Below are positions 24,222 to 35,202 of a stretch of 64,000 bases of DNA, piece by piece; position 1 is the first letter of the stretch, and each line of letters opens with the position of its first letter. This stretch comes from Antedon mediterranea (Eukaryota; Animalia; Echinodermata): contig NC_092670.1 of NCBI RefSeq assembly GCF_964355755.1, forward strand, positions 8,732,201 to 8,796,200. The letters run 5' to 3'. The translations under genes were made by a program, and so were the position numbers. The notes under the pieces are model-generated. The model saw only the letters and a list, made by a program, of their open reading frames with translations. It was not told where the DNA came from and made no database searches.

Positions 24222-25321
24222 GGGTGTCACGAAAGCTCAGACCACGAAAGCTCAGACCCCCTAAGACCTAAGATCACGAAAGCTAAGACCCAACACCTAA
24301 GATTACAAATATTTATCTTTCGCACCTGCCTTGTATTTTAACTCCTAACATTTATTCTGAATACCACACCTTAGAATTGGCACTTTCATGAAAAAGAATC
24401 ACATAAAAAGTAACAAATACATTTTTAAATTGATGATTTTACAGACGTTTTTCTCGCACACAAAATGACTAGCCTACAGTACAGTAGGCCTACCCCATGG
24501 GCCATGTTCAATGTTTTTGTTTCTATGGAACGTCAAAAGAGCAAAAATGATATAGAGGGCTGAAAACTCTGTGGAGTCCATCTACAGTGTGGATGGAACA
24601 ATGTAAAATTAAAATTGTAATTATAATAGTATAATCATGCAAGTACGAAGAAATAAATACTGGCAAATAAATTTTAATTTAAAAATCATGATAAGTTTTT
24701 TTGTTTCGTTTTCTTTCTGTTTTTATGCTTGTACTATTATTGTTGCTCTTTTGGCGCTCCATAGAAACAAAAACATTGAGCATGGGGAGCTCGGAGCTCG
24801 AGGAGTTACATTGTCATTACAGTATACAAAGAAACACATCTGTAAAATCATCAATTTAAAGGATTTATTTATTTATTATTATGTGTTTCTCCTTCTGAAA
24901 GTAGGCCCTACTTATAAGTCCCAATTTTAAAGTGTGGTGTTGAGGATAAAGTTAGTCAACAAATTTGGAGTCAAAATACAAGAAAGGCAGGTGCGTAAGA
25001 AAAACATCCTCTGAAGCAACACAATGGAGTAAATATATACCAACAAACAACCCGTCAAGTTTGTTTGTTGTAAAGAAAAAATATACATTTATTCAACGGG
25101 CGAAAATAATGTGAGTTTATCTATGTTTTGCGGTAGTATTAAATTATATTTATGGTAATAAATGAAACCTACTGTGTTTAAAATTATGTATGGATAAACA
25201 AGTATTGTTTTTAAGCTGTAGTATATCTTAGAATTTGTAATCTTAGGTCTTGGGTCTTAGCTTTCGTGATCTTAGGTCTTAGGGGGTCTGAGCTTTTGTG
25301 GTCTGAGCTTTCGTGACACCC
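24222..25321 (+). mobile_element. MULE-like non-autonomous DNA transposon, 1100 bp, complete
   Basis: ~89-bp TIRs (GGGTGTCACGAAAGCTCAGACC...) and a perfect 10-bp TSD ATAATAACGC at 24212-24221 and 25322-25331. Confidence 0.92.
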
Positions 25322-25487
25322 ATAATAACGCATTTGAAATTGAATTGTAGGCCACCAGGGCTTTTAATTTACTTTATAGGCCTATTTATTGAATAACAAC
25401 AGGCTTTCATCTCCAACGTAGAAACCCAGCAGACAATGGTGTATTTATATCTCCACACTCGACTGCTTTATAAGTTATACATCATTT

Positions 25488-25805
25488 AGTGGGTGAGTGC
25501 CCGAGCGGTTAAGACAGTGGAACCGTAATCACGTAGCCATAACATCGGCAGGGATTCGAGGCTCACTCACTCCATGGTTCTGGTGGTAGAACGAGTCTTC
25601 TCGGATAAGAACTATAAACCGTAGGTCCAGTGTACACAACTTGCTCGTATGCACTTTAAAGAACCTAGTACATCTTTCGAGACGAGTAGGGGGTTACCCC
25701 GGTGTATTAGTACATCACAGCCACTGATCACCAACTGGGCCCTCTGGGAGATCAGTCTTTGACTGAAGAGGTCACCCAGTATAAAGATAAAACAAACAAT
25801 CAATC
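25488..25805 (+). mobile_element. tRNA-derived SINE with Deu/Nin conserved domain
   Basis: tRNA-like head with A box TGCCCGAGCGG and B box GATTCGAGG. Central CTCGGATAAGAACTATAAACCGTAGGTCC...TTAAAGAACC...GAGTAGGGGGTTACCCCGGTG resembles the AmnSINE1/DeuSINE core (recalled, not searched). Ends in an (AAAC/AATC) tail. Confidence 0.8.
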
Positions 25806-26061
25806 TGTGAGGAGAACTAACTAATTAGCATATATGGTTATTTATCGCAAATCTAAATTTCACTAGGTTCATTCTATTGTTTGACAGAAGATTACCATAA
25901 TAGAGTATATTACATTTACTAACAGGGAAGTTCACTCTTCCCTGTTTACTATAAACAAAGATAATCACCGAATGTGTTTGTTTTGCCATAACATGTAGTG
26001 CAACATCATTTCCATGTTCTGATTTTTCAATATACTGTTTACTTTTTGATATTTCACTTAC

Positions 26062-26346
26062 AGCTTTAGAAGGAAATGGTATCTATAGATAAATAAAAAG
26101 ACATTTAAGTTATCAAAAATTAGTTTGTACTTTATAACAAGTAAAATAATTTGGGGGAAAGAAACACTCACAGTATATTTAAATATTGGAGTTTTCGGAT
26201 TACTAAGTAATAACGAATCAGAAGTCGAATATTACTTTGCTAAGTCAATTTGTAAGTCGTCCTGTTTCGTTGTAATTAGAAATGTAAGGGTCAATAACGT
26301 ATTTATGTTGACCTTACCTTTACTGCCGAATTGTAGCTGGTATTTC
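26062..26346 (-). CDS. Candidate small stem exons of CHST copy 1 (26318-26346, 26172-26261, 26062-26082)
   Basis: Canonical AG/GT sites with compatible phases: GNTSYNSAVK|DDLQIDLAK*YSTSD...KYT|IPFPSKA|VLNATD. The 29-nt exon is homologous to 41750-41778; the 90-nt exon has TAA at 26232-26234. Confidence 0.45.
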
Positions 26347-27364
26347 CTATAGGGCCTAAACAACAATAAACAATTGTTAATTTATTCTGACAAATATAAT
26401 GTTCAATTCAAACAACTCAAATCCTGTAAACATATAGAGATATGTCTACGTTTAAGATTCTCAAACAATCTAGGAGAACTTCCTGAGCAGACACTATTCC
26501 ATTTCTCTAAAAACTGGGTTTACAAAATACCAAATATTGTCAACAACGGCTATTATATATCGCTTTGTTGTACATTAAAAAATGATTACCAACCTGTAAT
26601 AAAAATCCAATGTACGATAGAATAGCTTATAAAAACAAAGAGAGTGAGTCCAGAAAATAGTCGTACCGACATCGTAGCCATGAGAACAGAACTAAATTTC
26701 TGAACCCAAGAATTAACTTCCGCTGTTGCCACTCCGAATCAGTTGAGGTAATACTTGCTTGGCGATGGTATGGTTTACCATGGAGCTCTAAGACTCTAAA
26801 CAGGGATGAATGAACCTTAGAGTGTTTGATATGCATCAGAGAATCTGAACACAATGCATGCGGCACGCATGAATTAGCACAATGACTGAAATCATTATGC
26901 TCGACTGAAATCATTATGCTCCACTGATCCATGGCCTTTGAGCCCGGTTCTGAAGAACTTGTAATTAACATTAGCTTTACAAGAGCCCCATAGAATAGCA
27001 ATAATCAATATTAGATTATCATTTAAGTATAATGTAAATTTAAATCCGGTGAGTTTTTATTTCATAGAAGATCCAAAAAACATTAGCGCTGTTTCGGTGT
27101 TATTAACAATTACCTTGTTACTATAAGCCTTAACTAAACTTTTAGCAACTAGAATAGAAAAACAGTATTATATAAAGAATCCTGCTTGGGGCAAGTCAAC
27201 ACAAATTTAGTCCTATGCACCATCTTATTTAATAATATTTCTTAGCAGTTCAAGTCACAACAAAAACATTTTGTAGAAAATGGATGGAAATTTGTTAGAT
27301 TTTTTTCGAAAACAATAAATAAAGTAATTCGTTGAAAATTATGCTTTAGTATTTTGTAGTTCTT

Positions 27365-27525
27365 TTTGTTCTTTTTTATACCCAAACAACAGAAAATCGT
27401 ATAGATATTTTGATATAATGCTTCTAATTCTGAATAAAAAATGTCGGAATAACTTTGTACAAGTCTGTCATGACTCGGGCTATTTGTGGAATGTGTTTTT
27501 TGGTGGTTTTGGGAACTGTAAGCTA
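27365..27525 (-). pseudogene. Relic 3' fragment of a third CHST copy
   Basis: Matches 21697-21850 (..SHDRLVQSYSDI..SELEALYQ..DFLLFGYKK) with indels. Confidence 0.85.
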
Positions 27526-28388
27526 GAATACCCTCAATTTCTGAAACCAAGAATGATGTTCGTCGACATATTATATTCTTGCGACACCGTTGTTTGCAGT
27601 TTATGTACAAATTTGATAATTGGTAATTGACCAGGTCATTTTAAAACCTTGCCGTTTTTATAGGCCTATGCATCGGAAAATCTTAACACACAGTAACAAT
27701 AATATAGCACAATAGGCTACAGTCCAAACAACTAAAGGTATCCTTGGCATTTTTTATGCCACACAAATTTAGCACAATGAATAAAAAAACCTCCGCTTCA
27801 CAATCTTTGATCCCAATTTTACCATGGCCGACTTAAGATACAAGCGATTGATTTATTGTAGGCCTAGGTAATGAAAGTACAAGTAATAAATGCTTTGTAT
27901 TAGGAAGCCTGATGGAGCCATGGTCATAATTCCCTTCAACTCATAATTAATTGGTTTTTTACGAATCAATTGCAAATATTTTACAAGAATATCATTTGAT
28001 CTGCTTCTTTTCCCGTGGAAACGTTTACTTAATATGACGATTGGTTACGGTCTTCTTGCTTCTAATAGTGGATAGTCCCTGTTGAGTGCAAATTTCATGC
28101 AATAGACTTTCCATCGTTCCATTGTTTATATTATTATTTCCTGTTTAAAATAATAATCTCTCTCGTTTCTGTGTATCACACTCATTGCATGCTGGCAATA
28201 ACATCTAGATTTTAAATATGAAAATTTGATGATTTCATTAATTTCTACTGAGTTTATCCAGGTTTCAGACAAAATATCAACGATATAATTTCTTTTTATT
28301 CCAGGTGCAAATTAAATTTAAACACTTTCAAACACTTTAAGTGAATGATTGATAGGCATTAGGCCTAATAATTTTTTTATACAAAAGT

Positions 28389-29261
28389 TCATTCTATAGG
28401 AAGTTCTTTTTTATACCCAAACAACAGAAAATCGTATAGATATGTTTGATATAATGATTCTAATTCTGAATCAGAAATTTCGGAATAATTTCGTACAAGT
28501 CTGTCATGACTCGAGCTATTTGTAAAATGCGTTTTTGGTGGTTTTGGAAACTGTAAGTCAGATCCTATAAGCTTTAGAATATAATTTGCATAATTGTCTA
28601 TATCCTCCATGCGACCGATGATGTCATAGTCGATATCACATGGATGACATCTGGTAGACATTTTACCCCAGTGAATGTTGAGGATGGGCTTTTTGGAAAT
28701 TAACATTTTAACAAATTCACCAAATTTCAAATCATTCTTGCTTTTACCAAGTCCGAGATTTGTTCTAATACCTTTGGTAGTTATATCGTGTACATCATGT
28801 CGATAATCACTAGCATTCTTTGCAACTAGCTTATCACTATAAGCAGATAATAGCCGAGTATACGGATTTCTTACAAACATAACTTTCGTATAGTCTCTCA
28901 TAATTTCTTTTTGCTTTTTGAGAGGAAAGCGTACAAGACGAGGTACGTGGATTTTCCAAGCAGCAGACACACTTGGAGCACTCATTTTCTGAATCTCTGA
29001 ATAGTTTTTATACCCAGATAGAACTAAGAACAATCTACTCCAACTATTTGTGGCTACTTTAGGTGTTTGACAAAGAGCAAATTTATGTTTTTCATTAAAT
29101 ACTGTATGATGAGGATATTTCTTCATTTTTGGAATCTTCTTTCGATACTTTTTGCACATATCTTTTACGTATCTAGTAAAGTTTTTATTTTTTTCAGCGT
29201 ATTTCTTCATAAATTCGTCGGAGGTCATCTGGGATTTGACCACATCAGTAGCGTGTAACAC
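28389..29261 (-). CDS. Carbohydrate sulfotransferase (Sulfotransfer_2, CHST8-14-like), catalytic last exon, copy 2
   Basis: Same motifs and same 873-nt length as copy 1; acceptor CTTACAG at 29262-29268. Confidence 0.92.
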   Translation of the reverse strand: MLHATDVVKSQMTSDEFMKKYAEKNKNFTRYVKDMCKKYRKKIPKMKKYPHHTVFNEKHKFALCQTPKVATNSWSRLFLVLSGYKNYSEIQKMSAPSVSAAWKIHVPRLVRFPLKKQKEIMRDYTKVMFVRNPYTRLLSAYSDKLVAKNASDYRHDVHDITTKGIRTNLGLGKSKNDLKFGEFVKMLISKKPILNIHWGKMSTRCHPCDIDYDIIGRMEDIDNYANYILKLIGSDLQFPKPPKTHFTNSSSHDRLVRNYSEISDSELESLYQTYLYDFLLFGYKKELPIE

Positions 29262-29644
29262 CTGTAAGAACATAACATAAAGAATACAGCTGATATCTGT
29301 ATTATCATTAATAAGGAAATAATTAGAATTATATGAAGAGAGAGTGAATACCTGGCGACTTTAAAGACATTTTAGAAAATTAGCGTATAATCGTTTGTAT
29401 AATGGCCGACTTGGAGAACAATTATACTTTACCGGTATGCTATAGAAATAAGAAGAGGTGGAGGAAGGAATGGGGCAACCTTAAAATATTGTTGTATTCC
29501 TGGTTGACAAGAAGAAAAGTCAAACGTTCAAAGTCTGATTTTATTGATTTTTATTTTCATGTTTTTGGTGGACAGTACCTGTACATCTTTAAAGGGTATC
29601 TGTTTGTAAACAGAATATTATCAAAATTTGGCCAATGCTTTGAT

Positions 29645-29795
29645 TATTGGAATTGTTAAGTTAGTGGTTATGGAATTGGTACGTGGTTGATGGAATTGTT
29701 ACGTTAGTGGTTATGGAATTGTTACGTTAGTGGTTATGGAATTGTTACGTTAGTGGTTATGGAATTGTTACGTTAGTGGTTATGGAATTATTACT
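29645..29795. repeat. 20/23-bp minisatellite, left part
   Basis: (TTA)GTGGTTATGGAATTGTTACG repeats; the same family resumes at 39853. Confidence 0.9.
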
Positions 29796-29865
29796 TTACC
29801 TATAGGAATTCAATTATTTTATCTAAATTGCTATGTTTAATTATTATTAAATTAACAATTGTTAC

Positions 29866-32646
29866 CTTGCAAATGCGGTTCGCCTCAAATTATACATGCG
29901 TTGACATTCTTCAACTGGTATTTGTACCTGGCGAGCGACACACAGTGGGCCAGAATCAATTCAAAGTGTGCCAAAAGTCCAAAATGGTAAATGTGGCATT
30001 CCGAACTTTTTAATATTGGATTAGGAAGAAGACATCTTAAATTATATAAATCCACTAATAATTTTATTTTTTGTAAATTTTAATAGTGTCTTGTAACCAT
30101 GGAAACTTGAAGAAACCATGACATTTCACTTAAAATGAGCAAAAACAACAGTTTTGATAAATTCGCTGTTATTTTTTCTAGAAAAAAGCAATCGATTTGA
30201 TACTGCATGAAATTATTGTCTGTTATTAATACTATTAGGCAGTAAAATAACATTTTCGATTATTGCTTTATTTTAGGGTTAAAAGTCACAAAATATATCC
30301 CAAAAATACCAAAAAACATATTTTTAAAGTAAAACCACTAAAATAGTTTGGATTCGCGTCGATTCGCGCGCTAATTTTGACATTAATATTTCGAGCAAAG
30401 CTTGAGCTTTACGTTAATACCAAATTTGGCTGCGAAAATTTGCGACATTGCATATAGGAAGCTATTTAAATGTCCCGTTTTAAAATAAATGTATAATGCA
30501 TTTTCATTGACACATTGATGTACCGCAATCGCACGAACTTGACGAAGAGAAAACCATTCCACGACGCGTCTGTATTGGAAAAGAAAATGCTACCAGTGTG
30601 AGAATAAGCATTCATAAATGTAGGTACAGGTAACATGGCCTCCATATCAAAATACAACCTTTAAAGCTGTCCATTCGGCTGGTTTAATTACCAACATTGA
30701 ACTAGCCTGCAATGTATGTTTACGTGAATTGCGTTTACATTACAATGTAAGGAATGACCAGAACATACCAAAAGAACTTTTGGAGTATACTACTAAAACT
30801 ATCAAACCATTTTCTTTATTATTTACGAAGAAGATGGTACAAGTATGGCCGTCACAAGGTTCATTTCATCAACTATTATTAGTCAGAGAACCAGAAGAAC
30901 TTCTCTATGCTGCTTCACAAGGCGTCTATAAGCAAAATTCACATTTAAAATATATGTGCTGAAGCTAAAATAAGAAAGTTAATATCCGAAAAAAAAACAG
31001 AACCGATCAAGTTTACTAGTGAAAAAGCTTTGTCACTTTTAGCTATAAGTTGAAACTGATATGACAAAACAGTCATACCAAACAGGTTTGTGGAACGTGA
31101 GGGAAACTAAGCATATGCTACGTAAATAATATAACGGTTAAAGAAGATTCGGCAAGAGTACCCCTTCAAAGCTTGCTGGACCAAACTGCACTTCGAATTG
31201 TTCAGTTAAAAAAAAAAAAAATTAAAGAAGTAGTTGAACATAAAGATACTTCCTCGTGATTTTGCCGAAATTTACACCTGCAATTCAATATATTATTTGA
31301 TATTAATTAACTATGAACTGGCTGCAGATGAAAACAGAAAAGACAACATCTGAATACACTACAATTTACAATTCACCATAGTTGACCAAAAGGTCGTGAA
31401 TGCTTTGACTGAAACCAAGTATTCAATGCGATGTTATATATGTGACGCTACTCCAAAACAGTTTAATGATAAACTCCCATCGTCAAGTGAAGAAGCCTAC
31501 AGCTATGGCTCTCGCCACTACACAAATGGAGTGGGTGCTTCGAAATGCTAATTCATATTGGTACAGAATGCCAGTAAAAAAAGTGGCGTATTTCGTCTGA
31601 TAGTGAAAAAGCCATCGTTGCCGATATGAAGAAAAGAAATACACGATCGGTTTAAAGAAGTTATAGGAATGAAAGTAGATGAACTTAAACAAGGTTCAGG
31701 AAAACAATGGCAACATAGCTTGCAGAGCTAGCTCTCCAGGAAAAGGAGACTTTCGCTGAAATTTGCGGGTTGGATGTAAATCTAGTACGTGTTTAGACCC
31801 TTTTTAGGGACTACTGCCGAAAAACAGCAGAGTTATATATACAACTCTATCCATGGTATAAAATGCCAGTGAGTGTACATGTTCTCCTAGTTTATGGTTC
31901 ATCAATTATTTCGAATTCTGTATTACTGATAGGTATGATGAGCCTATCGACGAAAACATACAATGAAAACAAACGACAACATAAGTGATGTATTTCAGTC
32001 ATTTAAACCCTTATTTGTAACATGCAATAAAAACCTATTTTCAATATCAATATTATTCACACAATCAGAAAACAGTATTTGTAATGACATAATACTGTAC
32101 ATTAAAAAGATGGTTCACTGAACTCTGTGGATCTTTAAATAATTTAAGTACGTTTTAATCATGGATGAAATTTAATCACACATGATATTGCAATGAGAAT
32201 TAAAGTCATCTAATCAAAAATTATTATTTTATGACGTCTAATATATTAAGAAAATGTTCCAGTTGGATTTATTGGGTGTAATAGAAACCCTTACACTTTC
32301 AATAATGAATGTAGGCCTAATATCAATCGACATAAGAATTACAAGCACTTAGCCTCAACCAATCAGAAAACACCATTTGTATTACGTCATACCTATTTAA
32401 AAATACTTCCATTAAATTCTACGGGTCTGAAAACCCCTTAGATCCTTTCAAAATTAAGGTAATTAGTATTTATTTATGCGTATAGACTTTTGGCACACTT
32501 TGAACCAATTCTGGCCCACTGTGCGACGGCTTCCCATGCGTTTTTTTCCCCCTTTTTCCGTTTTTGTACGACGGAACATTTTTGTCATACAGACATCTGT
32601 ATGTCTGGATGCAATCCATGAGCACAACCTCTGTTGATGAAGGCAT
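29866..32646 (-). pseudogene. MADF (Myb/SANT-like) DNA-binding ORF of the Harbinger-like element, split by the Transib
   Basis: Joining 32646-32524 to 29935-29866 with one frameshift gives MPSSTEVVLMDCIQTYRCLYDKNVPSYKN..KK(N)AWEAVARQVQIPVEECQRMYNLRRTAFAR, then a GT donor. Confidence 0.8.
29941..32523 (+). mobile_element. Transib DNA transposon with a decayed RAG1-like transposase
   Basis: 39-bp TIRs starting CACAGTG and a 5-bp TSD CGACA/CGACG. Transposase relics: VPLQSLLDQTALRI (~31158), IVDQKVVNALTETKYSMRCYICDATPKQFND (31378-31470), SPLHKW..CFEMLIHI, and LYPWYKMPVSVHVLLVYG..LIGMMS (31845-31943). Confidence 0.93.
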
Positions 32647-33943
32647 CTTTCTTGAAAATGAAGTAGTATCATCCCATCCCACCCTGTTTCGTTTACTTTA
32701 CTACGTAATAATTGCTTTATCCAATCAAAAAACTGAACAAATTACTTTGTTAATGCCGCTTCTTTAGGAAACAGTTTATAATCTTCAAAAACACTTTGGG
32801 AATGTAACTTTTTGTTTGCAATCTTCTAATTTACTTTTGTTTTGCCGTCATTTTTAAGTGCGGTAAAACTTCAAAAAGATGTACCTCTCTATATTGACCC
32901 GGCATGCTTATTGTTATTTTAATTAAAGTACCACGGAGGTCTACATGCTAATGCATACACTATGTCAATAAAATAAAGAAAGTATGCCTGCAAGCAATAA
33001 TGTTAATGTAATATAAAACTATAATAGGTATACTCGTTATTTCTTTTAATATTGATTTATTTTTGTAAAGGAAGATTGTAAGCAAAAATAAGATTACCTG
33101 TATTTTTCCTCCATGTTAAGACGGTCATCTTAAATTCGTATGCGCTAAATTTTATTTCACATTATTATTAGTATTTGTCTTATTTAAAAGTATCTTTATA
33201 CGTAGTGTTTAATTGTTTTACTTTTTTATTGTTATTAGCAATACATGTACACACACCCTTTAATCTTTATTAAAACATCAAAACATATTTGATAAAATTA
33301 ACAAACATAAAAAATACTAAATTACAATAATATTAGAAAAACTGACATAAAGCAAAAAGTGCCGGTATAAAAAAAAAAATCCTTTCTCCTAATAATAAAA
33401 GTTAACGAACTTAATTACCGGAAGTAAAATATGTCAATAAAATAAAGTATGAATAGAAAGAACTTGAATATAATAAAAGTACTTCTCTAATATAGGGCTA
33501 ATTTTTATTTATTTATTTTTTTGGTAAAGAGATGTTGTAAAAAGCTGCTTTTATTAAAGAAAGTCGTATTTTCGTATGTATTAAAAATAGGCCTATCCTT
33601 TTCCATTGTATATCTTGCGTTTACGACTCTTATGCTTACGTAAAGTTGACTCCAAGTCAACTTTACGAAAGTTGAAATTTTTTTCTTACGTCGGTCAGAT
33701 TTATGACGTATTTGAAACAACATCTCTGATTGGTGTTTCTTTTTAGAGCGGGTTTTATCATTTTTCGCGCGAAATGTTGAATGATGTTATTGTACCTGTA
33801 GCAGTCTACTCAGCATCAGTGTCAGTGCAACTCAGCATCAGTGTCAGTGCAGCACACCAATATATTATTTTTAGTAGATAGGCTAGGCCCTAGTATTAGT
33901 AATAATACTTAATTAATACTGTACTAATAGGAATTAATTAATT

Positions 33944-34510
33944 ATGAATAGAATTGACTCAATGGAGGCAAAACAATTAGATATGGAGAAATCCATTACT
34001 TTTACCTCCGATTCAATCAACGATCTTGAAAAGAAAGTAACAACGTATGATAGCGAAATGAAAGATATTTCAACAACACTTGAAACAGAAAAGAAAAAAA
34101 TTTTGAATCTTGAACGGTATTCAAGGAGTTTTAACCTGAGATTTGGTGGGATAACTGAGGAACCAAACGAAGATGCAACAAAAAAGATTAAGGAATTACT
34201 AAATAAAACACTCAACCTAAACGACATCGTCATTGAAACGGCTCATCGCACAGGAAAACCATCAACAATAAGTGGTAAGCCAAGACATATCATTGTTAAA
34301 TTTATATATCGACCACAGAGATTTGAAGTACTCAGAAGAGCTAAGTCGATAATGAAAAATTCCGAGATGTTTGTACTAGAAGATATGCCAGTAGCAGATA
34401 TTATCAAAAAGCGAGGCCTGCGAGAAGTTATGAAGAAAGCGTATGAAGAAGGTAAAAAGACTGTCTTCAGAAATGGCAACCTTTACATTAACGGTAAAAT
34501 GTATACATAA
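33944..34510 (+). CDS. LINE ORF1 (coiled coil plus L1-type RRM/CTD), possibly 5'-truncated
   Basis: LERYSRSFNLRFGGITE..IETAHRTGK..KPRHIIVKF, upstream of ORF2. Confidence 0.85.
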   Translation: MNRIDSMEAKQLDMEKSITFTSDSINDLEKKVTTYDSEMKDISTTLETEKKKILNLERYSRSFNLRFGGITEEPNEDATKKIKELLNKTLNLNDIVIETAHRTGKPSTISGKPRHIIVKFIYRPQRFEVLRRAKSIMKNSEMFVLEDMPVADIIKKRGLREVMKKAYEEGKKTVFRNGNLYINGKMYT

Positions 34511-35202
34511 CTTCTTTATTTTCGTTCGTTTGTTTTTAATTGAATTCAATTTGTGACTATATCCTGCCTGCATTAAACCATATGCAGAAAATGGGTACCA
34601 CTTATTGTATCCACTAGGAGAATTCAAACTGTAAGGAATTGAAACATCAACACGATCGCGATTATGTGTTTACATAACCTAAACATTAACAGGTGAAAGA
34701 ATTGGCACACTGACTTAAATACCATGTTACGTAATCTGTTGCTGTGTTGCGTGTCACATACTTTGCCTATTGTTTTTGAATCAAGTAGTGAAAAACTCAA
34801 TTGCTTAACACAACACACGACTCCCTATTGCTTTCATTCACACACTATTAAGTATTATGATTTGGATTAAGAATGGGATAAAATTGGAACGATGTGGGTG
34901 GGTGGGGAGGGGTTGGGGGATGGAGGGGTTGGGGGATGGTGGGTCTTTGGGGGATGGTGGAGTTGAGGGTGGGTGAAAATAGGATTAGTGCTGTAATTAA
35001 GATTTATCACTGTGTTTACACATTTCGCACTCAATTGTTTTACTTAGCGAAATATATGTATACTAATAATATGACGGAGCAACCACATTGTTCGGTTGAC
35101 CTGATTATAGATAAATTAGTTATCTTAATTATACTGTTTTTTGTTGTTGTTTTTTTTAAATCTTTTCTCTGACTATTCTTTTTTAAACTTAAAAATTGCA
35201 TT

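Noticed and set aside
24637-24930. Duplicated small ORF MQVRRNKYW (also at 787-987)
   Set aside because: Internal sequence of the MULE-like MITE with no protein motif.
25488-25585. tRNA gene
   Set aside because: Irregular arms, and it continues into a SINE core and tail.
26627-27001. 124-aa ORF
   Set aside because: TTG start and no recognisable domain; probably a TE fragment at the duplication breakpoint.
29980-30700. RAG2-like gene within the Transib (ProtoRAG arrangement)
   Set aside because: No kelch or PHD-like sequence is visible and there is too little space on either side of the transposase relic.
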